Shown here: in pieces, positions 39,895 through 50,078 of the stretch | Position numbering within the stretch: the first letter of the stretch is position 1 | Layout of the letters: the number at the start of each line of letters is the position of its first letter | Assembly (NCBI GenBank): GCA_965205955.1 | Contig: OZ242192.1 | Location: forward strand, 1,541,118-1,605,117 | DNA from: Gammaproteobacteria bacterium | GTDB taxonomy: Bacteria; Pseudomonadota; Gammaproteobacteria; Eutrophobiales; Eutrophobiaceae | DNA: 64,000 nucleotides | Direction: 5' to 3' | Made by a program: the position numbers and the translations under genes | The notes under the pieces: generated by a model | What the model saw: the letters and a program-made list of their open reading frames with translations, nothing else | What the model was told of the DNA's origin: nothing | Database searches by the model: none

Positions 39895-40404
39895 ATGGCA
39901 CCCCCCGATGCAATGATAGACATTGTGCAGGTTCAGTTTTCATGGCCTGATCGCATAATACTGGTACTGGTAGTCGCTCTGGTAAGTGTGTTCTTTGCCC
40001 ATTGCAGCAACCGGATACAGCGAAAACAAGATGCAAAGACTGAAACCATCAAAAACGTGTCAAAAGAGTTTTTGTACCAGCTTGATGTTATAGATTCATT
40101 AGTGAAAGACTACTGGAGTGTTGCTCGAACAGACATGGAAAAAGGCAAGGAAGTAATCCTATCTTTATCACTCTCTGTAGCTTTTCCTCGCCTTCAGGGT
40201 ATTCTAGACCTGCTCTTTAAGCTAAAGAAGGAGAAAGATGCTTTGTGGAAAGATTCTTTTCAAAGGGACATCGACAAAATTTACGAATATGCAACTACCG
40301 ATATTGACGTAGAGCCGAGAGAGGTTTCTCAACCTACCATCATGAAAACGAGTAGGGCGATATTGAAGTTACGACTGCAATTTCAAAAATTTATTTATCA
40401 GTAA
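39895..40404 (+). CDS. hypothetical single-pass membrane protein
   Basis: One N-terminal TM helix (IILVLVVALVSVFFA). Third gene of the low-GC cassette. Confidence 0.4.
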   Translation: MAPPDAMIDIVQVQFSWPDRIILVLVVALVSVFFAHCSNRIQRKQDAKTETIKNVSKEFLYQLDVIDSLVKDYWSVARTDMEKGKEVILSLSLSVAFPRLQGILDLLFKLKKEKDALWKDSFQRDIDKIYEYATTDIDVEPREVSQPTIMKTSRAILKLRLQFQKFIYQ

Positions 40405-40701
40405 TATACAAAACAATTTTGTCGCCGCCCACGCCGATGAAGGTGAGCAGGGTCATCAACTGTGCAGTGCTGCCAGATCAATGAATGCCCACCCCGGAAC
40501 GGTTCAATCGCACGATTCAGGAACCGTTCATCAATTGCCACGAAGACCTGCTATTTACCGACCTGCCTGCGTTCCCCCGCAAACCTGCTGAGTGGCCGGT
40601 CACCTGCAATGCGGCATTCCTCACCATAGCCACGCTCTGCAAACCCTGCTAAAATTCCTTTTCCAGCAACTGCCTGACTGCCAAAGGCGCCGGACCTGTA
40701 C

Positions 40702-41571
40702 ATGGAAAAATTAAAATTTCTAAATCGCCACTCCCTCAGCGGCGTACTCGCTGTGATTCTGCTTTGCACGGCGGCGGTGGCGGACGCCAAAAAAGACCCG
40801 CCGAGGCTTCTGCTTGCTAAAAAATACGCGCCCGGAATTAATCTCGCCGATTACTGGGTCAGCGAAAAACTGGACGGTGTCCGCGCTTATTGGGACGGAC
40901 AGCAATTACTTTCCCGCAACGGAAACGCATTCGCCGCGCCGAATTGGTTCACCGAAAAATTTCCCCCAACGCCATTGGACGGCGAACTCTGGATAAGCCG
41001 CCGAAAATTTGAAGAGACGGTTTCCGTTGTCACCCGCCATCGTCCGCACGCAGGATGGCGGCGGGTGAAATTTATGGTTTTTGATTTGCCGTCGTCGGCG
41101 GAAATTTTTGACATTCGCCTGGCGGAATTGCGGCGGATTATCGCCGGCTCCGACTCCGAATTTCTTGTCGTGGTCGCGCAGGAAAAAATTACCGATGGTG
41201 ATTTGCTTGCGAAAAAATTGGAGACGGTTACCGCCGTCGGCGGCGAAGGGCTGATGCTGCACAAGGGCGATTCCGTTTATCGCGGCGGACGCTCCGGCGA
41301 TTTATTGAAATTGAAAAAACACGACGACGCCGAAGCGGTCGTGGTTGCGCACCATCCGGGAAAAGGGAAATTCGCCGATATGCTCGGCTCGGTTACCGTT
41401 GAAACAGCCGACGGAATGCAATTCCGAATCGGCAGTGGGTTCACTGTGGAAGAGCGGCGCAATCCGCCGAAAATCGGCGCAGTGATCACCTATAAATTTT
41501 ACGGACTCACGAGGAAAGGCAAGCCGCGTTTTCCGGTTTTTTTGCGTGTGCGGACGGATTCTGATTTATAG
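40702..41571 (+). CDS. ligE: periplasmic ATP-dependent DNA ligase (Lig E-type minimal ligase)
   Basis: Signal peptide followed by the adenylation motif KLDGVRA and OB-fold region; 289 aa. Confidence 0.8.
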   Translation: MEKLKFLNRHSLSGVLAVILLCTAAVADAKKDPPRLLLAKKYAPGINLADYWVSEKLDGVRAYWDGQQLLSRNGNAFAAPNWFTEKFPPTPLDGELWISRRKFEETVSVVTRHRPHAGWRRVKFMVFDLPSSAEIFDIRLAELRRIIAGSDSEFLVVVAQEKITDGDLLAKKLETVTAVGGEGLMLHKGDSVYRGGRSGDLLKLKKHDDAEAVVVAHHPGKGKFADMLGSVTVETADGMQFRIGSGFTVEERRNPPKIGAVITYKFYGLTRKGKPRFPVFLRVRTDSDL

Positions 41572-41938
41572 ATGCCAATCTCCAGCCAGAGTATTGGGAG
41601 CTCTTACACTCAGAGCGCCGGGTTATCCGGTTGGTCGTCAGAAAGCGCCTTGCCTGATGCGAGAAGCAGCCATTACGGTGGCCATCGGTGGACCTGCTAT
41701 GCCCCGGAGCGGTTCTATGTGCTATTCAGGAGCGGTTCATTGATTACCACGCTGCTGTTCACCAAACTGTCTGCGTTCAATATTGCTACACTTGGGGCTG
41801 CAAACTCTGCTACAATTCCTCGCACAAGAGTAACCGGAGCGCAAAAGGTACCGGATCAAGAAACTTCCTTGTTGATATTTGTTTGTGCAGGTACAATAAG
41901 CGCTGTTTTTTTGTATGAACATCAGGAGCGAGTGAATA

Positions 41939-42208
41939 GTGTCATTATCTCATCAGCAAAAGGCTAGTATTGTTAAGGATTTTCAGCGTTCCGGCAATGA
42001 CACCGGTTCGCCTGAGGTGCAGGTCGCATTATTGACCAACAGGATCACCGATTTGTCCGAGCATTTCAAACTTCATGGCAAGGATCATCATTCGAGAAGG
42101 GGACTGTTGCGCATGGTCAATTATCGACGCAGATTGCTTGATTATTTGAGAGGAAAGGATACGCATCGTTATCGCGAATTGATTGGTCGCCTGGATTTGC
42201 GCCGGTAG
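41939..42208 (+). CDS. rpsO: 30S ribosomal protein S15
   Basis: 89 aa with near-canonical S15 sequence ([15 protein letters not shown]). Confidence 0.95.
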   Translation: MSLSHQQKASIVKDFQRSGNDTGSPEVQVALLTNRITDLSEHFKLHGKDHHSRRGLLRMVNYRRRLLDYLRGKDTHRYRELIGRLDLRR

Positions 42209-42281
42209 TTATCCAGGTTGTTGCGCGTGCTATGCTGGCGCTTTATTTTAATTCAATGTCAATTTATTTGAAGAGTGAAAT

Positions 42282-44372
42282 ATGAATATAGTTAAAAAAG
42301 AATTTCAGTTTGGGGAGCATCAGGTTGTGCTGGAAACGGGGAGAGTGGCCCGTCAGGCAACGGGTTCGGTAATGGTCAGTATGGGCGATACCGTGTTATT
42401 GGTGACTTGTGTTGTGAGGGATGAGCCCAGGTTGGACCTGGATTTTTTCCCGTTCACCGTGGATTATCAGGAGAAGACGTATGCGGCGGGCAAGATACCG
42501 GGAGGGTTTTTCAGGCGTGAGGGCCGGCCTTCGGAGAAGGAGACTCTTACATCGAGATTGATCGACCGGCCTCTTCGCCCGTTATTTTCCAAGGGCTTTG
42601 CCAATGAGGTGCAGATTATTGCTACGGTGGTGTCTATAGACCCGGAAATTGACCCGGATATTCCGGCCTTGATCGGTTCGTCTGCGGCGGTTGCATTAAC
42701 GGGTATTCCGTTCGGAGGCCCGGTGGGGGCGGCAAGAGTGGGATATAAGGACGGCAATTATTCGTTGAACCCCAGCTGTTCGGATTTGAAGAATTCCGAG
42801 CTGGATCTGGTAGTGGCTGGAACGCGCACGTCGGTATTGATGGTTGAATCGCAGGTCAGACAATTGTCGGAAGAGGTAATACTGGGTGCGGTGATGTATG
42901 GACATGAGCAGTTCCAGGGGGTTTTGGACAGTATCGAATCGTTGGTGGCTGAGGCCGATGTGCGTCCGTGGGACTGGCAGCCGCCGGAAAGGGATGAGGC
43001 GCTTGCGGCGGAAGTGAAAAATCAATGCGGAGATTTGATGCGTGAGGCATATGCGATACGGGATAAATTGAACCGCAGGGACCGGGTCAAAGAGGTCCGC
43101 AGGCAGGTCATCGAGGCATTGGCGCAGCCGGAAGAGTCGGCCCGGTCCGAGGGCGAGATTGCCGCTGCAATCAAGGAACTGGAAAGGGAGATTGTCAGGC
43201 AGGGCATTATTGCCGGCGAGAATCGTATTGACGGACGCGCTTATGCGGATATTCGTGATATCAGTGTGGAAATAGGCGTACTGCCGAGGGCGCACGGATC
43301 GGCATTGTTCACCCGCGGCGAGACTCAGGCGCTGGTTGTGGCTACATTGGGTACGGAACGAGATGCCCAGATAATCGATGCGATTGAAGGTGATCGGAAG
43401 GATCGCTTTATGCTGCATTATAATTTTCCTCCATTCTGTGTCGGGGAAACCGGGCGGGTAGGCTCGCCCAGACGGCGTGAGATCGGACATGGCCGTTTGA
43501 CCAAGAGAGGGATACTGGGGGTAATGCCGGATATGGATGAATATCCCTACTCGATTCGGGTGGTTTCCGAAATCACGGAATCCAACGGTTCGAGTTCAAT
43601 GGCTTCCGTGTGCGGTACGAGTCTGGCGCTGATGGATGCGGGGGTTGAGTTGGAAGCGCCGGTTGCAGGCATAGCGATGGGACTGGTGAAGGAGGGTGAT
43701 AAGTTTGTCGTATTGTCGGATATTATGGGTGACGAGGATCATCTGGGCGATATGGATTTCAAGGTGGCCGGCACTGATAAGGGAGTTACTGCATTGCAGA
43801 TGGATATTAAGATCGAAGGGATTACCAAAGAGGTTATGGAAGCTGCGTTGGTGCAGGCAAAAGAGGGCCGTATGCATATCCTTGGCAAGATGAATGAGGT
43901 GCTCTCAGCCACAAAACCGGATATGTCGGAATATGCCCCGCGCATCACGGTGATCCATATCCATCCCGATAAGATCCGCGATGTAATCGGCAAGGGCGGC
44001 ACAACCATTCGTTCCATCACTGAGGAAACGGGCGCCACCATCGATATCAGTGATGATGGCAGTGTTAAAATTGCGGCGGTTGACAAGGCGGCCGGGGATG
44101 CGGCCAGAAAGCGGGTCGAGCAGATCACCGAGGATGTGGAAGTCGGCAAAATTTATGAAGGCCGTGTTGCAAAACTGATGGACTTCGGTGCGTTTGTCAA
44201 TATCCTGCCCGGCAAGGATGGTCTGGTGCATATCTCGCAAATCTCCGAAAGCCGGGTGGAAAGTGTCAGTGATGAGCTTTCCGAAGGCGAGTTTGTCAAG
44301 GTCAAGGTATTGGAGATCGACAAACAGGGCCGCATTCGTTTGAGTATGAAGGCGGTCATCAGTGAGCAATGA
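42282..44372 (+). CDS. pnp: polynucleotide phosphorylase
   Basis: Two RNase PH domains, KH and S1 domains; 696 aa; rpsO-pnp synteny. Confidence 0.95.
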   Translation: MNIVKKEFQFGEHQVVLETGRVARQATGSVMVSMGDTVLLVTCVVRDEPRLDLDFFPFTVDYQEKTYAAGKIPGGFFRREGRPSEKETLTSRLIDRPLRPLFSKGFANEVQIIATVVSIDPEIDPDIPALIGSSAAVALTGIPFGGPVGAARVGYKDGNYSLNPSCSDLKNSELDLVVAGTRTSVLMVESQVRQLSEEVILGAVMYGHEQFQGVLDSIESLVAEADVRPWDWQPPERDEALAAEVKNQCGDLMREAYAIRDKLNRRDRVKEVRRQVIEALAQPEESARSEGEIAAAIKELEREIVRQGIIAGENRIDGRAYADIRDISVEIGVLPRAHGSALFTRGETQALVVATLGTERDAQIIDAIEGDRKDRFMLHYNFPPFCVGETGRVGSPRRREIGHGRLTKRGILGVMPDMDEYPYSIRVVSEITESNGSSSMASVCGTSLALMDAGVELEAPVAGIAMGLVKEGDKFVVLSDIMGDEDHLGDMDFKVAGTDKGVTALQMDIKIEGITKEVMEAALVQAKEGRMHILGKMNEVLSATKPDMSEYAPRITVIHIHPDKIRDVIGKGGTTIRSITEETGATIDISDDGSVKIAAVDKAAGDAARKRVEQITEDVEVGKIYEGRVAKLMDFGAFVNILPGKDGLVHISQISESRVESVSDELSEGEFVKVKVLEIDKQGRIRLSMKAVISEQ

Positions 44373-44509
44373 AATAAAAATCTGACGGTAAGCGCTGCGT
44401 TCGTAATTTTAATTCTGTTATGAGCAGTCGCTGCAAGGGATGGCGGGCTTGATCGGCTTTCGATACAGGCAGTTTTTATCCGAGTACTGATAAAGGGCAT
44501 GGGTTATCG

Positions 44510-45676
44510 ATGAAAATTGTTCTTGCGCCTGATTCTTTCAAGGGAAATTTAACGTCGTTGCAGGTGGCTGATGCCCTGGAGAAAGGGATCAGGCGTGTCC
44601 TTCCGAATGTTGTATGTATAAAGGTCCCTATGGCGGACGGCGGCGAGGGCACTGTGCAATCCCTGGTTACTGCGACGGGCGGCAAATTTATCAGAAAAAC
44701 GGTGATCGGTCCCACCGGTCAGTCAGTCAGGGCGCGCTACGGCATACTGGTCGGCGGAGAAACGGCGGTAGTCGAGATGGCGGCGGCATCGGGTCTGCCT
44801 TTGGTCACGGATAGTGAAAAGGATCCTATGAAGACAACCTCCTACGGTACCGGCGAGTTGATCCTGGATGCCGTGAAACGGGGTATGAAAAAAATCATTG
44901 TCGGCGTTGGTGGGTCTGCGACTATCGACGGAGGGGTCGGCATGGGGCAGGCGCTGGGTGTGCGCTTTTTGAATCAGGATGGAAAGGTGATCAGTGAGTA
45001 TGGCTGCGGCGGACTGCTGAGCAGGATTGCAAGGATCGATATGACGGAACTGTATCCGGGTATACGAAAAACAAAATTTATTATTGCCTGTGATGTTACG
45101 AATCCGTTGTGCGGTAAAAATGGCTCACCCTTTGTGTTTGGCCCGCAAAAAGGGGCAACATCGGCGATGATCAGGACATTGGATGCAAATCTCAAGCATC
45201 TGGGCAAGGTCATCAAGCGTGATCTCAAAAAGGATGTGATCAATTTAAAAGGGGCGGGCGCTGCAGGAGGATTGGGCGCCGGGCTGGTTGCATTTACCAG
45301 GGCAAGGATTAAAAGAGGCGTGGATGTTGTGATTGAGGCGGCAGAGCTTGATAAGCATATCAAGGGCGCCTGGCTTGTGATTACCGGAGAAGGGTGCGTT
45401 GATTTTCAAACGGCTTTTGGCAAGGCTCCGGCGGGCGTGGCAAGAGCCGCCCGCAGGCATCGAGTGCCTGCGATTGTGATTGGAGGAGGGATCATGGATG
45501 ATGCCAATCAGGTTTTTGCACAGGGTATAGATGGTCTTGAGAGCGCCTGCGCCCGGGACATGAGCCTGCAGGAAGCCATGCGTCATTCGCGCGCACACCT
45601 GGCAAATGCTGCCGAAAGGGTGATCCGGTTGATTTTAATTGGGAAAAAACTGGCATTAAAAAAACCAAAAAAATGA
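44510..45676 (+). CDS. glycerate kinase
   Basis: N-terminus MKIVLAPDSFKGNLTS and a 388-aa length typical of the GlxK/GarK family. Confidence 0.85.
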   Translation: MKIVLAPDSFKGNLTSLQVADALEKGIRRVLPNVVCIKVPMADGGEGTVQSLVTATGGKFIRKTVIGPTGQSVRARYGILVGGETAVVEMAAASGLPLVTDSEKDPMKTTSYGTGELILDAVKRGMKKIIVGVGGSATIDGGVGMGQALGVRFLNQDGKVISEYGCGGLLSRIARIDMTELYPGIRKTKFIIACDVTNPLCGKNGSPFVFGPQKGATSAMIRTLDANLKHLGKVIKRDLKKDVINLKGAGAAGGLGAGLVAFTRARIKRGVDVVIEAAELDKHIKGAWLVITGEGCVDFQTAFGKAPAGVARAARRHRVPAIVIGGGIMDDANQVFAQGIDGLESACARDMSLQEAMRHSRAHLANAAERVIRLILIGKKLALKKPKK

Positions 45677-45779
45677 ACAGGACTCAATCTGTTTTTTCCC
45701 GCTAAGCCCGGTTTATCCCATTTCTATCGCCGACGGGCGTGTTGCTATGATCAAGATCTGCGGGAGCTATGGGTGAAGC

Positions 45780-47039
45780 ATGAATTTTTCTAAATTCGCC
45801 TCTCGATTTTCATCCGATTTGGGCATTGTTCAATTGATGGATGATCTCGGTGATGCCATGGCCGGGAATCGGGATGTATTGATGCTGGGAGGGGGTAACC
45901 CCGGATATATACCCGAAGTGCAGCAATCGCTGTGTGACGAGATGCGGCGTATCGTTGAAAATCCTGCCAGGTTTTGTCGGCTCATCGGCGATTATGACAG
46001 GCCGCAGGGAAATATCGAATTTATCACTGCGCTCGCAAGGCAGTTGAATCAAACATTTCATTGGGGTGTAACGGAGCAGAATATCGGCTTGACTACCGGG
46101 GGCAGTCAATCTGGTTTTTTCATGCTGTTCAATCTGTTGGCCGGCGAGTTCGAGGACGGTAGTCGAAAACAGATCATGTTGCCGTTGACGCCGGAATATA
46201 TCGGCTACAGTGATGTAGGCATTGTTGGAGATTTGTTTTACTCGTTCAGGCCGGAAATCGAAAAAACCGGCAAATACGAATTTAAGTATCATATCAATTT
46301 TGACGATATCGGCATAAAACCCGATACCGGCGCTATTTGTGTATCGCGCCCGACCAACCCCACCGGAAATGTATTGACCGACGGGGAGATTTCCAATTTG
46401 ATGAGCATGGCGGAATCGAGCGGTATCCCGCTGATTGTCGATAATGCCTACGGCGCGCCGTTCCCCAATATCCTGTTTGCGGAAGTGAGTCCGGCATGGA
46501 ATGAGAATGTTATTTTTTGCATGAGTCTGTCCAAAATCGGTTTGCCGGGAGCAAGGACGGGGATAGTGGTCGCCCATAAGGATATTATTCAAATAATCGC
46601 ACGGATGAATGCCGTTATTAATTTAGCGCTTGGCAGTCTTGGGCCGGCATTGGTGCGGGATTTACTGGCCAATGGAGAAATGGTGCGTTTATGCGACCGG
46701 GTTATTAAACCTTTCTATAAAAAGAAGGTGGAAAGGGCTATCGAGGCGATTCACAGGGAATTTTTCGGCATAGATTATTTAATCCATAAGCCGGAAGGGG
46801 CGATCTTCCTGTGGATATGGCTGCCGGATTTGCCGGTAACTTCCGAGGAGCTTTACCAGCGCCTGAAGGAAAAGGGGGTATTGATCATTCCGGGGCATTA
46901 TTTTTTCCCCGGACTGGATGATGATTGGCGGCATCGGCATGAATGCATCCGTCTTACCTATTCCATGAGCGATGAGACAGTTCTGTCGGGGGTAAAATTG
47001 ATTGCCGAAGAGGTGCGCAATATCTGCAACGGTCAATGA
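45780..47039 (+). CDS. avtA: PLP-dependent aminotransferase, valine-pyruvate transaminase-like
   Basis: Fold-type I aminotransferase with PLP lysine region SLSKIGLPGARTG and an AvtA-like N-terminus. Confidence 0.7.
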   Translation: MNFSKFASRFSSDLGIVQLMDDLGDAMAGNRDVLMLGGGNPGYIPEVQQSLCDEMRRIVENPARFCRLIGDYDRPQGNIEFITALARQLNQTFHWGVTEQNIGLTTGGSQSGFFMLFNLLAGEFEDGSRKQIMLPLTPEYIGYSDVGIVGDLFYSFRPEIEKTGKYEFKYHINFDDIGIKPDTGAICVSRPTNPTGNVLTDGEISNLMSMAESSGIPLIVDNAYGAPFPNILFAEVSPAWNENVIFCMSLSKIGLPGARTGIVVAHKDIIQIIARMNAVINLALGSLGPALVRDLLANGEMVRLCDRVIKPFYKKKVERAIEAIHREFFGIDYLIHKPEGAIFLWIWLPDLPVTSEELYQRLKEKGVLIIPGHYFFPGLDDDWRHRHECIRLTYSMSDETVLSGVKLIAEEVRNICNGQ

Positions 47040-47174
47040 TTCATATCGTTGAACAGTTTTATGCCGAATGGGGATATTTTCGCCGGTTGATTTTTCCGGC
47101 ATGGATGATTTCAAATATCCCGGCCCGCCGGGGCACCGGTACTGCGGCGCCGGCGCGTCTTTTTCCGCCGCAGA

Positions 47175-49247
47175 TCAATTCAGTTCGAATGATTCAACGT
47201 TGCTTATATTGCCGACAATGTCCTGGTGCTCTCCTATAAATTCTCCGAGCGCATAATCCGTGCCCAAGGCTATAGCCTGGGTAAGCTCAATGGAGCTCTT
47301 GATTCTGTTAGTCATAAACTTGATCTTTTTATCCTTCAGGGATTGCAGCGGGCTTGGCGGTTCCTCTTCGTCGTCATCATTTTTGTCTTTGTCATTAGTA
47401 CCGGCATCGCTTTCTTCGGATTTCACGGTATTCAACAATTCAATCTCATCCAGAGATACCAGCACTATCGACGAGCGCGTTTCGTTAATCAGATTGGGCA
47501 GTTCATCGAAATTTGTCACTCCCGCCAGCGCGATCCGGAAACCATGACTTTTATGCAGTGAGGTAATGAGCGGTATAGCCCTGTTTTTGTTTTGCAGGAA
47601 TGCGGGAGTATAGATGCCCAATATAATCGATTTCCCCAGTCGGTGTTCCTTGTATTCGGACAGAATTTTCTGTAGCCAGTTAAATAAGCTAATATCGCAG
47701 AACCAGGCTTCGCTGATTGACAGCATAAATGTATACGATCTGTTTTCCAGCCTGCTTTGAATAATTCCCCGGATGACCTGGCGTAACATCCATTGATCTA
47801 TCGATTGTTGCAGTCCGATAGAAAATTCATGGGTATTTACTTTGTCCATATCCACCATTGATCCGTGTTCATCCAATACCCTCAGCGTAACATCGAATAC
47901 CTCCGTCTGATCGCTATCGTCCCCGGCGGACATGGTAATGATTGGCTGGTATAGCTGTATCCAGCGCTTTTCATCCAATGCCTTTTTGATAATACTTTCA
48001 TTCAGTTCGGGTTTATCGCGATCGACGGCGGCCTTTTCTTTGGCATCCTTGTGCGCTCTGGCATCAAGTTTTGCCTGTTCTTTTTCAATCGCTTGCGCCT
48101 GCTGTGTCAGCCTGCTGATTTCTTCTTCGGCAATCCTTGTTTCTTTTTCGAATTGTTCCTTTTCCTCTTCTATCGATCTGACCTGCTCTGCGAGTTCCGG
48201 TTCCTCCGTTGTTTCTTCCATGAAAATATCGGTTTTTTTCCATATATAGTAGGAATTATCATCGGCTTTCTTGGCAAGTTCACTGGCTTGATTGGCGGCG
48301 CCCAGAATTTGACTGGCGGTAGTGTATCTTCCATCCAATAACAGTACGCCGATACTCACGGTATATTTGTGTGTATGATCGGAGAATTTAAAATCCCGTT
48401 TCCTCAGGTGATCACACAACCCGGTCAGATTGAATTCTATCAGCGCATAGTTGTCGGGCGCATCAATTTGCAATGCGATTGTCGTATCGCCTGTGCTGGT
48501 GATATTTGGATTACACGCCCCGGCCTTGAATACATCAAAACTGTTTTTAGCGACATGCTTTACCAGATTATCGAGCGCAATCAGGCCGATTTCTTCCCCC
48601 AATTGGTCCGCATTATCGAGCTGGATAACCAGCAATGCCCGCTCCGGCCCCAGACCGTACGGCCCTTTGGGCTGTTCCAGTTTCTGATAAAAGAGCTCCT
48701 TGCTGAAGGATTTGTTATACGAGGTGGTCTCTTCCTGTTTTTTGCGCCTCTTTTTGTTTGTTTCCCATGACTCGGTTATGGACTGCTTCAATTTGTCCTT
48801 GGTCAGCGATTCTTTGCGCAGGTATTCAGAGATATTGAATTGCAATGCGCGTATCGCAACTTCTTCATTTCCCGCCCCGGTCAGCATTATTGTTGCCGGA
48901 AAATTGATTTTTTTATGGTGTTTTTGCAGGATATCCAGACCGGTAATGCCTTCCAGATGTAAATGGTAATCAAGGATCAGCACATCGTGGGCCGACCAGT
49001 CGAAATTGTTCCTCGGCGCACCGAGTGCGACAGGATCATATTCTCTTACCTGAAGCTGTGGCAGTAATTTGCCTATGATGTTTTTCAGAAATTTACGGTA
49101 GTCCTCGTCATCATCGATGATGAGCACGGTGCTGAGTTGAGAGTCTGTCATGGACGGAATGAAGTATGCTGAATGGCGGGCCTTGTTGTTATGATTTTTC
49201 TGCCTGTGATTCTTCCATTTGTTTTTGTGCCTCCTCCTGGCGTTCAT
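47175..49247 (-). CDS. response regulator with REC domain, coiled coil and degenerate EAL-like C-terminal domain; start probably at the internal MTDSQLS
   Basis: REC signature LIIDDDEDYRKF...; EAL-like entry WIQLYQPII, but the catalytic EAL motif is degenerate (EVFDVTLRV). Confidence 0.55.
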   Translation of the reverse strand: MNARRRHKNKWKNHRQKNHNNKARHSAYFIPSMTDSQLSTVLIIDDDEDYRKFLKNIIGKLLPQLQVREYDPVALGAPRNNFDWSAHDVLILDYHLHLEGITGLDILQKHHKKINFPATIMLTGAGNEEVAIRALQFNISEYLRKESLTKDKLKQSITESWETNKKRRKKQEETTSYNKSFSKELFYQKLEQPKGPYGLGPERALLVIQLDNADQLGEEIGLIALDNLVKHVAKNSFDVFKAGACNPNITSTGDTTIALQIDAPDNYALIEFNLTGLCDHLRKRDFKFSDHTHKYTVSIGVLLLDGRYTTASQILGAANQASELAKKADDNSYYIWKKTDIFMEETTEEPELAEQVRSIEEEKEQFEKETRIAEEEISRLTQQAQAIEKEQAKLDARAHKDAKEKAAVDRDKPELNESIIKKALDEKRWIQLYQPIITMSAGDDSDQTEVFDVTLRVLDEHGSMVDMDKVNTHEFSIGLQQSIDQWMLRQVIRGIIQSRLENRSYTFMLSISEAWFCDISLFNWLQKILSEYKEHRLGKSIILGIYTPAFLQNKNRAIPLITSLHKSHGFRIALAGVTNFDELPNLINETRSSIVLVSLDEIELLNTVKSEESDAGTNDKDKNDDDEEEPPSPLQSLKDKKIKFMTNRIKSSIELTQAIALGTDYALGEFIGEHQDIVGNISNVESFELN

Positions 49248-49863
49248 GGATTAAATCCATAAACGCATATGCCACGCGCGGCACATGTTCAAAATAATGC
49301 GTCAGGTTTTTATACGGGGAGCATAGCAGACACGAGGGATAAACAGCCCGGGCTGATGCCGTGCGGATCCCTTGATGAAAATATCCCATTTCGCCCAGAG
49401 TATCATAGGGCGTGACATAGGCGATATGTATTTCGGTGTTATTGTCGCCGATTTTGAATACTTCGGCCTGACCCGATGCCAGAACATAAAGTGTGGGATC
49501 ATTTTCACCCTCCATGATGAATTGCTGCCTGGCTTCAATACTCATTTCATGGAAATGTGCGCCCACTGCAGTAAGTTCGAGCTGGGACAAGGTCTTGAAT
49601 ACAGGGCAGTGCGCCAGCCTGGCGGCACGTTGGAGGCCGAGTGCGGTCTTGAGTTCCGCCTCGGTGACATCATGTGACTCCAGTAATATCTCTCCGATGA
49701 GCTTATCGGCTATGCCTTTGAGTTTTGCCTCGCGCTTCTTTTTCATGGCCATTCTGATGACGCCGCGGGAGCAGGGCAGGTAGGCTCCGAGCAAACGCGG
49801 CAAGGGAGGCGATGGTTCCTTTTCAGTTATTTCGTTCAAAATTGTTTTTCTCGATAAGATCAA
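49189..49863 (-). CDS. cyclic-nucleotide-binding domain protein
   Basis: cNMP-binding signature GENDPTLYVLASGQAEVF...LGEMGYF. Confidence 0.6.
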   Translation of the reverse strand: MILSRKTILNEITEKEPSPPLPRLLGAYLPCSRGVIRMAMKKKREAKLKGIADKLIGEILLESHDVTEAELKTALGLQRAARLAHCPVFKTLSQLELTAVGAHFHEMSIEARQQFIMEGENDPTLYVLASGQAEVFKIGDNNTEIHIAYVTPYDTLGEMGYFHQGIRTASARAVYPSCLLCSPYKNLTHYFEHVPRVAYAFMDLIHERQEEAQKQMEESQAEKS

Positions 49864-50078
49864 CAGGCTCTCATCGTTGATTCGAGCGTATCTTCCATTC
49901 TCTGATAATAGCAGTGTACGTATATTTCAATCAGGATTGATTATATTCTTTATAAATCTCTAAAGGGAATCTAATAAGTATTATATTTTTCAGACTTTTT
50001 ATCTATTTTTTTACCGGAAATCGCGTTATTGATTGTATAATGGCAATCGCTCAGCTCCGGGTGGCACGGTTCCCTGTT

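Noticed and set aside
40405-40700. About 300 bp of apparently non-coding sequence upstream of ligE, scanned for a transposase or integrase remnant
   Set aside because: Six-frame translations show no recognisable family. It is left as unannotated, possibly decayed sequence.
41775-41830. ttgctacact and ctgctacaat strings resembling the CRISPR repeat 3' end, considered as a distant tracrRNA or anti-repeat
   Set aside because: They lie 28 kb from cas9, and only about 11/14 match, without the central repeat part. They are better explained as extended -10 (TGnTACAAT) promoter elements upstream of rpsO.
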